Assembly: GCA_023512725.1 (NCBI GenBank)
Contig: JAILZB010000002.1
Span: 1-59,356, forward strand
Direction: 5' to 3'
Length of the DNA stretch: 59,356 bases
DNA from: Chloroflexota bacterium
GTDB lineage: Bacteria > Chloroflexota > Dehalococcoidia > SpSt-223
The translations under genes and the position numbers were made by a program. The notes beneath the pieces are model-generated. The model worked only from the letters and a program-made list of their open reading frames with translations, was not told where the DNA came from and did no database searches. Below are positions 27,566-37,291 of the stretch, piece by piece; positions within the stretch are counted from its first letter, which is position 1, and every line of letters begins with the position of its first letter.

Positions 27566-28489
27566 ATGACCACCACCGCACGTCGACCCCGCCCGAACTC
27601 CCTGGAAGTGATCGGTCGCCCACCCGAGGGAACGCCCACCTATGCTGGGCCGCCGATGAACTTCAGCCTCTGGCTCTCGAAGTACTTCCCCACCATTTCC
27701 GCCTGGAAGAAGCGGATCGAGCTGGAGTTCTACGAGAAACTGGACGGCCCCTTCGACGCGAGCGACCTGATGCCCCCAGGTGCCACCGAGCCCGCCAAGT
27801 ATCCGGCCTACTACTTCCTGAAGCCGGTCCACACCTACCCCCAGCCTGCCACTCTGCACCCCGCCTTCGCCTCCTGGATCGCGAAGTGGGGCTCAGGCAC
27901 GAAGTTCTACTTTACCGAGCCGGAAACGGTGAAGTTTTGGCTCCAGAAGGCCTACGGCGAGATCAAACCGCAGCGCGTGCTCGACGTTGGCTGCGGGACC
28001 GGCACCACCACCTTCGTGATGGCCGAACTCTGGCCAGAAGCAGAAGTGATCGGCGTCGACCTCTCGCCACCGATGCTGCGCTGGGCCCGCCGCAAGGCTG
28101 AGCAGCTCGGCATCAAGAACATCTTCTTCTACCACATGGACGGCGGCGATATGCGCTACTTCGCCGACGAAAGCTTCGATGTGGTCAATGAGAGCTACTG
28201 CCTCCACGAGATGCCCAACTACCACGCACGGGCGTTCATCGGCGAGATGGTGCGCCTCTCCAAGCCCGGCCACCTCATCTCCTGGTTCGACTGGCCCCCG
28301 GCCGAGAGTGAGGGTGACCTAGAGCGACGCAAGAATGCCGTCAAGCGCAACTCCGAGCCGTTCATGCTCAGCTACCTTGAGCTGAACTTTGAGCAGTACC
28401 TCAAGGACATCGGCTTGGAGGATGTCCGGCGGCTGGTCCGCGCTGGGGCGAACATGCTCGTCGTCGCGCGGAAGCCCGCCCGGAGCTAG
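27566..28489 (+). CDS. Class I SAM-dependent methyltransferase (paralog A2 of 22764..23726)
   Basis: Shares blocks with A1: PPEGTP.YAGPPM.F.LWLSKYFPT, DGPFDASDLMPPGAT.PAKYPAY.F.KPVHT.P, and NIFFYHMD.GD. ATG at 27566 follows a GGAGGA Shine-Dalgarno. Confidence 0.8.
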   Translation: MTTTARRPRPNSLEVIGRPPEGTPTYAGPPMNFSLWLSKYFPTISAWKKRIELEFYEKLDGPFDASDLMPPGATEPAKYPAYYFLKPVHTYPQPATLHPAFASWIAKWGSGTKFYFTEPETVKFWLQKAYGEIKPQRVLDVGCGTGTTTFVMAELWPEAEVIGVDLSPPMLRWARRKAEQLGIKNIFFYHMDGGDMRYFADESFDVVNESYCLHEMPNYHARAFIGEMVRLSKPGHLISWFDWPPAESEGDLERRKNAVKRNSEPFMLSYLELNFEQYLKDIGLEDVRRLVRAGANMLVVARKPARS

Positions 28490-28512
28490 CCTCACGCCCA
28501 TCGCGAAAGGCG

Positions 28513-28548
28513 CCGCCGGTGGCGACCCAGCCACCGGCGGTTTCTTTC
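28513..28548. terminator. Bidirectional intrinsic terminator between the convergent methyltransferase and TerC genes
   Basis: gaaagg-cg-CCGCCGGTGGC-gaccca-GCCACCGGCGG-TTTCTTTC. Confidence 0.65.
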
Positions 28549-28589
28549 CCGCCTTGAGCGCGTCAGGGGCGGGGGCGATCGGCGAGCTC

Positions 28590-29336
28590 CTACGGGGGCG
28601 GCAGGTAGGGGGAGCGCAACTGCACGGGCTCGGTGGGGCGGCGTGCCCCAGCCCGCAGGTTGAGCAGCTCGACGAAGACCGGGAAGGCGATCGCAAAGTA
28701 GAGGTAGCCCTTGGGGATGTGAACGTCGAACCCCTCGGCAATCAGGTTTACCCCGATGAGGAGGAGAAAGCTGAGCGCCAGCATCTTGATCGTCGGATGG
28801 CGGTTCACGAAGCTAGCGATAGCTTCCGCCGAGACGAGCATGATCGCGACAGCGATCACGATCGCCAGAACCATCACCGGGATGACGTCCACCATCCCCA
28901 CCGCGGTGATGACTGAGTCGAGCGAGAAGACGATGTCGAGCAACGCGATCTGAATCACCACCCCGCCGAGCGATGCCACCGGTCGGCCTGTTCGGTGCTC
29001 GGAGGCACCCTCGAGCCGCTCGTGGATCTCGTAGGTTGCTTTCGCCAGGAGGAACAGCCCGCCCGCAATCAGGATGAGGTCGCGCCCAGAGATCGCCTGG
29101 CCGAGCACTGTCACGAGCGGCGCCGTGAGCCCAATCACCCAGGAAAGCGAGAGCAACAGCAGAATTCGCGTCAGGAGCGCCAGCACCAGGCCGAGCCGGC
29201 GGGCGAGCGGCTGACGCGCCTCGGGAAGCTTGCTCGCAAGGATCGAAATGAAAATGATGTTATCGATGCACAGCACCACTTCCAGTGCCGTGAGCGTCAC
29301 GAGCGCGATCACCAGGTTGGGGTCAAGGATCTCCAC
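28590..29336 (-). CDS. TerC-family integral membrane protein
   Basis: Begins MEILDPNLVIALVTLTALEVVLCIDNIIFISI and has a second DNI-like repeat (LDIVFSLDSVITAVG). Confidence 0.85.
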   Translation of the reverse strand: MEILDPNLVIALVTLTALEVVLCIDNIIFISILASKLPEARQPLARRLGLVLALLTRILLLLSLSWVIGLTAPLVTVLGQAISGRDLILIAGGLFLLAKATYEIHERLEGASEHRTGRPVASLGGVVIQIALLDIVFSLDSVITAVGMVDVIPVMVLAIVIAVAIMLVSAEAIASFVNRHPTIKMLALSFLLLIGVNLIAEGFDVHIPKGYLYFAIAFPVFVELLNLRAGARRPTEPVQLRSPYLPPP

Positions 29337-29397
29337 CTGCGCTCCCTTCTCGTCCGCTGCCGCGGGGACTTCCCAAATGGGCGGCGCTCTTCCTGGT

Positions 29398-29655
29398 TCA
29401 GGCGGCTGACGGTTCCAAGCTGAAGCGGTACTCCTCGATCACCGGGTTGGCCAGCAGCTGGCGACACATCTGCTCGACCTGTTCGCGGGCGGCGGCCTCA
29501 CTGCTGGCGCTCAGCCGTACTTCGAAGTACTTCCCCGAGCGCACGGTCTGCACACCCGCGAAGCCCAGCGTGTGGAGGGCGCTCTGGATGGTCAGCCCGG
29601 GCGGGTCGTTGACCACCGGCTTGAGGCTGACGATGATCTTAGCGAGCCACACCAT
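29398..29655 (-). CDS. purS: Phosphoribosylformylglycinamidine synthase subunit PurS
   Basis: MVWLAKIIVSLKPVVNDPPGLTIQSALHTLGF...VEEYRF. The start was trimmed from the 106-aa ORF. Confidence 0.85.
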   Translation of the reverse strand: MVWLAKIIVSLKPVVNDPPGLTIQSALHTLGFAGVQTVRSGKYFEVRLSASSEAAAREQVEQMCRQLLANPVIEEYRFSLEPSAA

Positions 29656-30553
29656 CGATCTCCTCACCCGTGATCCGGCGGTAGGCCTCCCGGTAGCGCG
29701 CCGCCATTGCCTGCACAACCTCCTCTGGAAGGGGTGGTGGCGGTGGCTCCCGGTTCCAGCCCGTGGCCACGAGATAGTCGCGCAATGGCTGCTTGTCGAA
29801 GCTCGGCTGAGGCCGCCCTGGCTGGTACTGGTCGGCCGGCCAGAAGCGGCTACTATCGGGCGTCAGCGCCTCGTCGATCAAGAGCAGCTCTTCGCCAACC
29901 AGCCCGAACTCGAACTTGGTATCGGCGATGATGATGCCCCGCTCGCGCGCAAAGGCGGCCGCGAAGCGGTAGAGCGCCAGGGTCAGGGCGCGCAGCTGCT
30001 CCGCGAGGCCACCCCCCACCAGTTCAACCACCTGGTCGAAGCTCAGGGGCTGATCGTGACCAGCGGTCGCCTTGGTCGTGGGGGTAAAGATCGGCTCCGG
30101 CAGCTGCTCACTCTCACGCAAGCCGGGTGGCAGCGGCACCCCGCAGACAGCGCCAGTTTCCCGGTACTGTTCCCAGCCTGAGCCGGCAAGATACCCCCGG
30201 GCTACGCACTCCACCGGCAGCGGCCTGGCTTTGCGCACGATCATCGCGCGGTCGATGCACTCGGGCGGCACCCCGCCGAACGCCTCCTCCAGCACCTGAG
30301 CGTACGGCCAGCCAGCATCGCGCACCACCGCCAGGTAGTGGCTGGGCACGATCGGTGCCGTCCGTTCAAACCAGAAGGCGGAAAGCAGGGTGAGCACTTT
30401 GCCCTTATCGGGGATCCCTTCGCGCATCACCACATCGAAGGCTGAGACCCGGTCGGTCGCGACGATCAGCAGGCGCTCGCCGAGGTCGTAGGTATCGCGC
30501 ACCTTGCCCCGGGCAAAGAGATGGGGCCAATTCGTCTCCAGCAGCACCCTCAT
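29639..30553 (-). CDS. purC: SAICAR synthase
   Basis: RGKVRDTYDLGERLLIVATDRVSAFD...IADTKFEFG. An alternative start at 30592 would form an ATGA overlap with the upstream gene. Confidence 0.85.
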   Translation of the reverse strand: MRVLLETNWPHLFARGKVRDTYDLGERLLIVATDRVSAFDVVMREGIPDKGKVLTLLSAFWFERTAPIVPSHYLAVVRDAGWPYAQVLEEAFGGVPPECIDRAMIVRKARPLPVECVARGYLAGSGWEQYRETGAVCGVPLPPGLRESEQLPEPIFTPTTKATAGHDQPLSFDQVVELVGGGLAEQLRALTLALYRFAAAFARERGIIIADTKFEFGLVGEELLLIDEALTPDSSRFWPADQYQPGRPQPSFDKQPLRDYLVATGWNREPPPPPLPEEVVQAMAARYREAYRRITGEEIDGVAR

Positions 30554-30588
30554 GCCAGACCCACGCGCGTAGGATCCGAGGCAGTCTA

Positions 30589-31821
30589 TCATGAATCCCC
30601 CACCCGGGCGGCAAAAGCGCGCAGCCGCTCCTGGCGAGCAGCGAGGTCCCGCGCCCCCGCTGCGATCCTCTCGGGGGTGAGCAGCAAGGTAGCCGCCGTT
30701 CGGGCCAGCACCCGTGCTGCCCGCAGCGCGTTCGCCTGAGCCTCGGGTCGGCGAGCCGCCGCGGCAAACTCGGGCGTGCAGAGCGTCGCTCCGGCAACTG
30801 TCAGCGTGAGCGCCAGCGACGGCACTACCTGCGAGACCGCACCAAAGTCGGTCGGGGTGGGCAAGGCGCTCGGGCCCTCGGGTTCGACTTCCCAGACTGC
30901 ATGCCATTGCTCCGCTGCCACCTGGCCGAGCGGAGGGCAATCGAGCACGTTGGGATAGGGGCGGCAGTAGTCCTCGTGCTCGACCGTAGCGCCAGCCGCC
31001 ATTGCCGCACCGTCGGCAGCGCGCAGCAAGCGGCGCGCTAGCCGGCGCAGGGTCGCCGGTCCTGACGCCCGCAGCCAGAAGCGGGCGACTGCTCGCTCGG
31101 GAACGATGTTTGGCGCTGCCCCTCCATGCACGATCACGCCATCAGCGCGGCAGCCGGGTGGCAGGTGCTGCCGGAGGCTGTTGAGGAGGGGAAACGTCCC
31201 CAGCGCGGCTTCCAGCGCGTTGACCCCACGCTCGGGGGCTGAGGCGGCGTGCGACGCTTTGCCGCTGAACCGCAACTCTAGCAGGCGGCCCGCGGGCGCG
31301 CTCGTCAGACGGGGGCGTCGCGCGTTCGTCGCGAGCAGGATCAGGGCGGCATCGATGCCATCGAGTGCGCCCCGCTCGAGAAGCAACACCTTCCCCCCCG
31401 CGTTCGGAGCCGCTGGCTCAGCTGCGGGAGCGCCAACCACCACCAGCCGCCCCGGCAACACGGAGAGAACGGTTGCCAGCGCGGTGAGCGCCACCACACT
31501 CGCCGCGGCGGTCAACGGCCGGGCCGCCAGATGCCCCCCGTCGGGGTGAGCATCGTATTCCAGAAACACGGCCAGCGCGGGCACTCCCCGACCGAGTTCC
31601 GCCCGGAAGGCTGTCTCCAGCCCGGCCAGCGGCGCTTCGAGGGTGAACCCGCTAGCGGCCAGGACCGCCTGCAAGCGTCGGGATGCAGCCTGCTCTGCGA
31701 ACGGGGGCTCGGGGTGCTCAGCAAGCGTGGCAGCGAGCTCCGCCAGGAGCGGACGACGCTGGGCAAGCTCAGCCTCAAGGGTGGCAAGAATTCGGGCGGG
31801 GAATGCCATCGCGCCGATCAT
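30589..31821 (-). CDS. M20D-family amidohydrolase-like protein (AbgB/HipO-like), possibly catalytically degenerate
   Basis: FSGKASHAASAPERGVNALEAA and GGAAPNIVPERA match M20D blocks. The expected GHACGHN metal site reads DGGHLAARP. Confidence 0.55.
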   Translation of the reverse strand: MIGAMAFPARILATLEAELAQRRPLLAELAATLAEHPEPPFAEQAASRRLQAVLAASGFTLEAPLAGLETAFRAELGRGVPALAVFLEYDAHPDGGHLAARPLTAAASVVALTALATVLSVLPGRLVVVGAPAAEPAAPNAGGKVLLLERGALDGIDAALILLATNARRPRLTSAPAGRLLELRFSGKASHAASAPERGVNALEAALGTFPLLNSLRQHLPPGCRADGVIVHGGAAPNIVPERAVARFWLRASGPATLRRLARRLLRAADGAAMAAGATVEHEDYCRPYPNVLDCPPLGQVAAEQWHAVWEVEPEGPSALPTPTDFGAVSQVVPSLALTLTVAGATLCTPEFAAAARRPEAQANALRAARVLARTAATLLLTPERIAAGARDLAARQERLRAFAARVGDS

Positions 31822-31885
31822 AGCTGAACTCGGGGAGGACTATAATTGCCCCAAACTGGGGCCTCTCGGGTTTGCCCCGTTCACT

Positions 31886-33562
31886 ATGATGAGGAACAGC
31901 GTGGATTCCCAAAACGGTCGTGTCGTCCTCCTGATCGACTACGACAACTTCGAGATCTGTGTCCGGCGCGACCTCCAGATGGTCGCCGACCTTGCTCCGG
32001 TCGTTGCCTATGCCCAAAGCCTGGGGACGATTGTGGCAGCACGGGCCTACGGCTCGTGGGATGACCCTGCCACCCGCATGATGGTCTATCGAACCGGGGT
32101 GGAGCCCGCCTTCGCACCCGTCTTCCCCGCCGCCACTGGCCAGCAGGGCGCTGGCAAGAGCGTCGCTGACACCGCCCTCGTCGCCGATGGGGTCGACTTG
32201 CTGCACCTCTTGCGCCCCGATTACCTGGTGGTCGTCTCCTCGGACAAGGACCTGATGCCGCTCGTGCGGATGGCCCGGCTCCGCGGCACTCAGGTGATCG
32301 TCGTCGGCAGCGACTACACCGCCGCTCAGCTTGCCCAGTCGGCAGACCGCCTCGTGACGTACCGAGAACTGGTAGGGGGGCCGCGCCAGCGTGGGGTGCC
32401 GATGCCACGAGGCCAGCAGCCACTCGTCGGGCCGGTCCAGCCCACGTTCAAGACCCAGCCGATTGCCCCTGCCAGTAGCGAAGTTCCCCTGGCGGGCGAG
32501 CCCGTCAGCTCCGGGCCGGAGGTAACTTCCCCGGAGGGCGTGCTTGCTCCCACCAAACGCCGGCGTCGCCGCCGCCGCGGCCGAAGCGAGAGCACTGCTC
32601 CTCCGTCTGATCCAGGAGCCGCCCGCTTCCCAGCAGCAGAACTGCCTGCCGTCGAGGTTGACCTGGCCGAGGCGATTAATGAGGCGGATGAATTGGCGGC
32701 TGCTCCCAGCCCACCCCCTCCGCCGCCAGGGCCACGCCTTCCCTTCCGCCGGCCGGAGGTGATCGCTCGACTCGCCAGCCAGCCGCCACGGCCCGAGCCC
32801 GCTGCACGCCCTGAACCCGCACCTCGCCCGGTGCCACCAGCTCCAGCCGACCTTCCGACCGCACCGCCGCTACCACCGCTGCCGATCGGGGCGGTAACCG
32901 AGGGTTCCGCGGAGGAGCTGATTGCGGTCCGACCAGGTGAACCCCCAATCGGGCCGATCCGGGCAGCAGCTGAGCCCCCACGGGTACTCGAGCCTGAGGA
33001 GCCCGTCGTGGCGACACCCGCGCTCCCGGAGGAAGCCGAGGTGATCCGCCCACCGCTCGAGGCACTCCTTGGCCAGGTCATCGTGCGCGAACTCCCCGAC
33101 CCCATCGCGCAGGCTCCACCCCCCGAGACGAGCCCGCTCACGGCGGCACCACTCCCCGTGGCTGACCCGTCGCTTGCGGTCGAAGCGCAGGCGGCCAGTG
33201 GAGCACCGGCGGCCACCAGCCGGCGCCGGCGCCGCCGGCGTGGCGCTGCCAGCAGCAATGGGATCACTGAGGGAGCACCGATCACCCCGGCACTGGACCC
33301 TCCGGCCACGGTGCTGCTGGAATCCGCACCTGCTCTGGCTGAGCCGGGTGCTGCTGCCAGCCCTGAACCAGCACCCACCGCCGAGGCAGCCGCTCCGACA
33401 CGGGTCCGCGCTCGCGGGCGCCGGCATCGCTCGGGAGCTCCCCCGGCAGCGAGTGCTCCCGCTCCTGCCGACCTCACCCCGGCAAGCGCTGCTCCAGCGG
33501 AGGAGAGCGTGGCCGAACCCGCAGCGGGCCCATCGGCCACGGGGCGACGACGGCGGCGCTAG
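31886..33562 (+). CDS. NYN/LabA-like (DUF88) domain protein with a roughly 380-aa Pro/Ala-rich tail carrying four poly-Arg patches
   Basis: VVLLIDYDNF...VVVSSDKDLMPLVRMARLRGTQVIVVG is a NYN fold signature. A TATAAT hexamer lies at 31841-31846 upstream. Confidence 0.7.
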   Translation: MMRNSVDSQNGRVVLLIDYDNFEICVRRDLQMVADLAPVVAYAQSLGTIVAARAYGSWDDPATRMMVYRTGVEPAFAPVFPAATGQQGAGKSVADTALVADGVDLLHLLRPDYLVVVSSDKDLMPLVRMARLRGTQVIVVGSDYTAAQLAQSADRLVTYRELVGGPRQRGVPMPRGQQPLVGPVQPTFKTQPIAPASSEVPLAGEPVSSGPEVTSPEGVLAPTKRRRRRRRGRSESTAPPSDPGAARFPAAELPAVEVDLAEAINEADELAAAPSPPPPPPGPRLPFRRPEVIARLASQPPRPEPAARPEPAPRPVPPAPADLPTAPPLPPLPIGAVTEGSAEELIAVRPGEPPIGPIRAAAEPPRVLEPEEPVVATPALPEEAEVIRPPLEALLGQVIVRELPDPIAQAPPPETSPLTAAPLPVADPSLAVEAQAASGAPAATSRRRRRRRGAASSNGITEGAPITPALDPPATVLLESAPALAEPGAAASPEPAPTAEAAAPTRVRARGRRHRSGAPPAASAPAPADLTPASAAPAEESVAEPAAGPSATGRRRRR

Positions 33563-33566
33563 GGCA

Positions 33567-34232
33567 GTGAACATCTTCGAGCACAGACCGGAGACAGCCC
33601 CCACCACCGACGATGGCTCCACCCGCGCCGAGACGCTGCTTCTGGCCACCCACAACCTGGGCAAAGGCCGGGAACTGGCCCAGGCCCTGGCGGGCCTTCC
33701 CTATCGGGTAGTTACCCTCGCGGAGCAGGGCATCCGGGCTACCATCGAAGAAGTAGGCGCGACATTCGAGGAGAACGCCATCCTCAAAGCGAGCGCCTAC
33801 GCCGCCATGAGCGGGCTCCTCACCCTGGCGGATGACTCTGGGCTGGAGGTCGCTGCACTCGGTGGCGAGCCGGGAGTGCACTCGGCACGCTACGGTGGCC
33901 CGAGCCTCGATGATGCTGCGCGCAACACCCTACTGCTTGAGCGCGTGCGGGACCTTCCTCCAGCGCAGCGCGCCGCGCGCTTCGTCGGCGTGATTGCGCT
34001 GGCTGAGCCCGGTGGCAAGCCGGTCGTCTTTCGGGGTACGTGCGAGGGGACACTCGCACTCGCCCCGCGGGGCACCAACGGCTTCGGCTACGACCCAGTC
34101 TTCATCCCCCAGGGCGAGCAGCGCACCATGGCCGAGCTGAGCCTGGAGGAGAAGGCTGCGCTCTCGCACCGCGGCAAGGCGATCGCCCAGGCGCGAGCGT
34201 GGCTGGCAGCCCGGGGAGGAGGGCAGCGATGA
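33567..34232 (+). CDS. rdgB: Non-canonical purine NTP pyrophosphatase (RdgB/HAM1)
   Basis: [28 protein letters not shown] and SHRGKA. The GTG start was trimmed from ORF 33069. Confidence 0.85.
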   Translation: MNIFEHRPETAPTTDDGSTRAETLLLATHNLGKGRELAQALAGLPYRVVTLAEQGIRATIEEVGATFEENAILKASAYAAMSGLLTLADDSGLEVAALGGEPGVHSARYGGPSLDDAARNTLLLERVRDLPPAQRAARFVGVIALAEPGGKPVVFRGTCEGTLALAPRGTNGFGYDPVFIPQGEQRTMAELSLEEKAALSHRGKAIAQARAWLAARGGGQR

Positions 34233-34741
34233 CCAGCGAACTGACCCATTTCGACCCCAGCGGTCGGGTGCGGATGGTTGACGTCTCTTCCAAAGAGGAG
34301 ACCGCACGGGTGGCGATCGCCCGCGGACGGGTCGCCATGCAGCCAGCCACCCTAGCACTCGTCCGAGAAGGGCGGGCCCGCAAGGGCGACGTCCTGGCGG
34401 TGGCCCAGGTGGCGGGTGTCCTAGCGGCCAAGCGTACTGCCGAGCTGATTCCCCTCTGCCATCCGCTCCCGCTCGCCAGCGTGGAACTAGACTTTGCCCT
34501 TGGCGACGCTGCGATCGAGATTGAAGCGACCGTGAAGACGACCAGCCGCACGGGCGTCGAGATGGAGGCCCTCACGGCGGTCACCGTCGCTGCGCTCACC
34601 ATCTACGACATGCTCAAAGCCGCCGACCGCACAATGCAGATCGAGGGAGTGCGGCTGGTCTATAAGAGCGGTGGCCGGAGCGGCACCTTCACCCTCGGCG
34701 ATCGGCTCTCGGCACCACCTCCGGAGAGCGCCACGCCTTAG
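34229..34741 (+). CDS. moaC: Cyclic pyranopterin monophosphate synthase MoaC
   Basis: [24 protein letters not shown] and [10 protein letters not shown]. Its start forms an ATGA overlap with rdgB. Confidence 0.9.
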   Translation: MTSELTHFDPSGRVRMVDVSSKEETARVAIARGRVAMQPATLALVREGRARKGDVLAVAQVAGVLAAKRTAELIPLCHPLPLASVELDFALGDAAIEIEATVKTTSRTGVEMEALTAVTVAALTIYDMLKAADRTMQIEGVRLVYKSGGRSGTFTLGDRLSAPPPESATP

Positions 34742-36201
34742 TCTTCGCCCTGGGCCTTCGTCCAGCCGGGCTCGCCGTCGATCTCTTCGAGCTTCTCCAG
34801 GTGCATCCAGCGGTAGCGCTGCTGGACGCGACTCACGAGGTCCAGGATGTCCGCGTCCGAGATTGCCGCCACCCCATCGTTCGCGATGAAGCGGCAACGC
34901 CAGTGGTCCACGTTATCAGTGATCGCACCGGTCGGGGGGTAGACCCGCGTGCCCCGGTTCGAAATCATCTTGAGATGGAGCTTGGTGCCCGCAGCAAAGT
35001 CCTCCAGGCTCCGCCCAATCTCCTCCGAATGCAGCCCGCTTTCAATAAAGATATCCACCCCCACCGTCCGGCGGGTCTTCGGCACCACGGTCACCGGGTC
35101 CGGGCTTACCTGCGGCAGCTGGATCGGCCGGTACTCCCGTCGCTTCCAATTGATCGGCCGCCGACCAAGATTGCGGATGATCTCATCAGTGTACTCAGTC
35201 GTCGTGGCGGCGCGCGCATCGCCCACCACATCGCGCGTCAGCTTCTTGCCATCTTCCAGGGTAACGATGACCGCATCCTCGATCAGTTGGGCCGCTTCAA
35301 ACTCCCCGAGATGGCGGAGCATCATCACTGCCGAAAGGATGACCGCCGTCGGGTTGATGACGTTCTTGCCCGCGTATTTGGGGGCCGTCCCGTGAACAGC
35401 TTCGAAGATGGCGACCTCGTTCCCGATATTGGCCGAGGGGGCGAAGCCGAGCCCTCCGATCAAGGCCGAAGAGAGGTCGCTAATGATGTCGCCGTTCATA
35501 TTGGTCGTGACGATGACGTCGAACTGCTCGGGAGCGCGGACGAGTTGGTGGGCCGTGTTATCGATGATGAGGTGCCACGCCTCGATATCGGGGTAATCGC
35601 GGGCCACCCGCTCGTGGACGCGCTTGAGCATCCCCTCCGTCAGCTTCATGATGTTCGACTTGGTCGCCGCAACCACCGACTTGCGGCCTTCCGAACGCGC
35701 GAACTCAAAGGCGAAGCGGACGACCTTCTCGCAGCCCTTGTCGCTAATCAGCTTGAGACACTGTGCCACCCCGGGGGTCTGCATGTGCTCGATCCCGGCG
35801 TAGAGGTCCTCGATGTTCTCCCGGATGATGACCAGATCGATTCCCCGGCCGGAGTACGGCGTCCGCACCCCCGGAAATTCGCGCGCTGGGCGCACGTTAG
35901 CATAGGTCTCGTACAGCTTCCGCAAGGTGACATTGGCACTCTTCTCGCCGTAACCGATCGGTGTGCCGAGCGGCCCTTTCAGCACCACCCGCGTCTTGGC
36001 GATCGATTCCATCGTGTCGGGACGCACCCCGGAGGCCAGCCCCTCCTTGAAGACCCGCTCTCCAGCGTGGCGCTCCTCCCACTCGATCGGGGCCCCGGTC
36101 GCCTCGATGATCCGTATGGCAGCGTAGACGCACTCTGGGCCGATCCCATCGCCCGGAATGACGGTCACCAGCTTCTTCCCGGAAGGGGTGATGTACGGCA
36201 C
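34738..36201 (-). CDS. icd: Isocitrate dehydrogenase, long form with an extra C-terminal domain (Thermus-like architecture)
   Basis: [29 protein letters not shown] and [11 protein letters not shown], plus a roughly 130-aa C-terminal extension. Confidence 0.85.
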   Translation of the reverse strand: MPYITPSGKKLVTVIPGDGIGPECVYAAIRIIEATGAPIEWEERHAGERVFKEGLASGVRPDTMESIAKTRVVLKGPLGTPIGYGEKSANVTLRKLYETYANVRPAREFPGVRTPYSGRGIDLVIIRENIEDLYAGIEHMQTPGVAQCLKLISDKGCEKVVRFAFEFARSEGRKSVVAATKSNIMKLTEGMLKRVHERVARDYPDIEAWHLIIDNTAHQLVRAPEQFDVIVTTNMNGDIISDLSSALIGGLGFAPSANIGNEVAIFEAVHGTAPKYAGKNVINPTAVILSAVMMLRHLGEFEAAQLIEDAVIVTLEDGKKLTRDVVGDARAATTTEYTDEIIRNLGRRPINWKRREYRPIQLPQVSPDPVTVVPKTRRTVGVDIFIESGLHSEEIGRSLEDFAAGTKLHLKMISNRGTRVYPPTGAITDNVDHWRCRFIANDGVAAISDADILDLVSRVQQRYRWMHLEKLEEIDGEPGWTKAQGED

Positions 36202-36235
36202 GGACCTCTCCTTTCCTCCTGCAACTAGGCTACCG

Positions 36236-37291
36236 CTAGGCTACCGCGGGCGGCCGTCCCCTCGGCGCGATGGCCAGCTTTAGCGTCTCCCCGCTGTCAA
36301 AGCGACGCATCGCTTCAGCGGCTGCCTGGAGCGGCAACCGGTCGCTCACGAGCGGCTCGACCGTTATCGCCCCCCGCGTCAGCAGGTCGAGCGACTGGCG
36401 CACCGTGGCTGGGGTATGGTGAAAGGCCCCGCGGACTGTCAGCTCATCATAATGGACCCGGGTGAGATCGAGGCTGACCGTCGCCCCCGTCGCCGAGCCT
36501 CCGAACACGAGCAGCCGCCCTCCCGGTCGGAGGAGGTGGACCGCCTGCTCGATCAAGCTCGGAATGCCCGTGATCTCAACCACTGCGTCGGCGCTACCGA
36601 TCAAGCGGCGCACTTCCGCAACCATCTCATCGCCGGCCGCCACCGTTGCGCTCGCACCCAGCTGACGGGCAAGCGCCAGCCGGTTCGGCTTACGGCCAAT
36701 CACCACCGGCTCAGCACCCGCGCGGCGCAACAACTGGACGAATAAGAGCCCGATCGGCCCGCTCCCCCCGATCACCACGACCGTCTCGCCCGGCCGGGGC
36801 CCCAAGCTCTCCACCCCCAAGACCACGCAGGCAAGCGGTTCCAGGAAGGCGAGCGTCTGGTCGGGAACGCCCGGTGACGCCCGGAACAGGTTCTGGGCCA
36901 CGATCGGCGGAGAGAGGAGCAGATAGTCGGCGAAGGCGCCGCTCAGCAAGAGCTCCGGCAGCCGCTGGCAGAGGTTCGTCCGCCCGGCCCGGCAGGGGGG
37001 GCAATCGCCACAGGGAGCGGAGTTGGCTGCCACCACGCGCTCGCCGGGTACCACGCTCGTGACCCCCTCACCAACCGCGGCGACCCAGCCAACGAACTCG
37101 TGGCCAAGGGGCCAGGGTGGCCGGAAGAGGCGGTGCCCCTGCCGGTACGATTTCAACTCGGTACCGCAGGTCAGCGCGGTCGTCACCTCCACCAACACTT
37201 CACCCGGCCCAGGGTGAGGCACGGGAACCGCGTGGACTTCGACCCGACGCGGCGCTACCAGGACTGCTGCGTGCATCGTCGCCGGCAGCAT
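36236..37291 (-). CDS. Zn-dependent medium-chain dehydrogenase/reductase (MDR) 2
   Basis: GHEFVGWV and structural-Zn CGDCPPCRAGRTNLC. Its start forms a TGATG overlap with the upstream MDR gene. Confidence 0.8.
   Translation of the reverse strand: MLPATMHAAVLVAPRRVEVHAVPVPHPGPGEVLVEVTTALTCGTELKSYRQGHRLFRPPWPLGHEFVGWVAAVGEGVTSVVPGERVVAANSAPCGDCPPCRAGRTNLCQRLPELLLSGAFADYLLLSPPIVAQNLFRASPGVPDQTLAFLEPLACVVLGVESLGPRPGETVVVIGGSGPIGLLFVQLLRRAGAEPVVIGRKPNRLALARQLGASATVAAGDEMVAEVRRLIGSADAVVEITGIPSLIEQAVHLLRPGGRLLVFGGSATGATVSLDLTRVHYDELTVRGAFHHTPATVRQSLDLLTRGAITVEPLVSDRLPLQAAAEAMRRFDSGETLKLAIAPRGRPPAVA

Noticed and set aside
29337-29397. Possible yybP-ykoY (Mn) riboswitch upstream of the TerC-family gene.
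   Set aside because: Only 61 nt separate it from purS. That is too short for the element, and none of its conserved segments are visible.
32560-33560. CGG/CGC-rich repeats that might have been a non-coding repeat array.
   Set aside because: They are in frame within the NYN-protein tail and encode the poly-Arg patches. They have no regular spacer-repeat periodicity, so this is not a CRISPR array.
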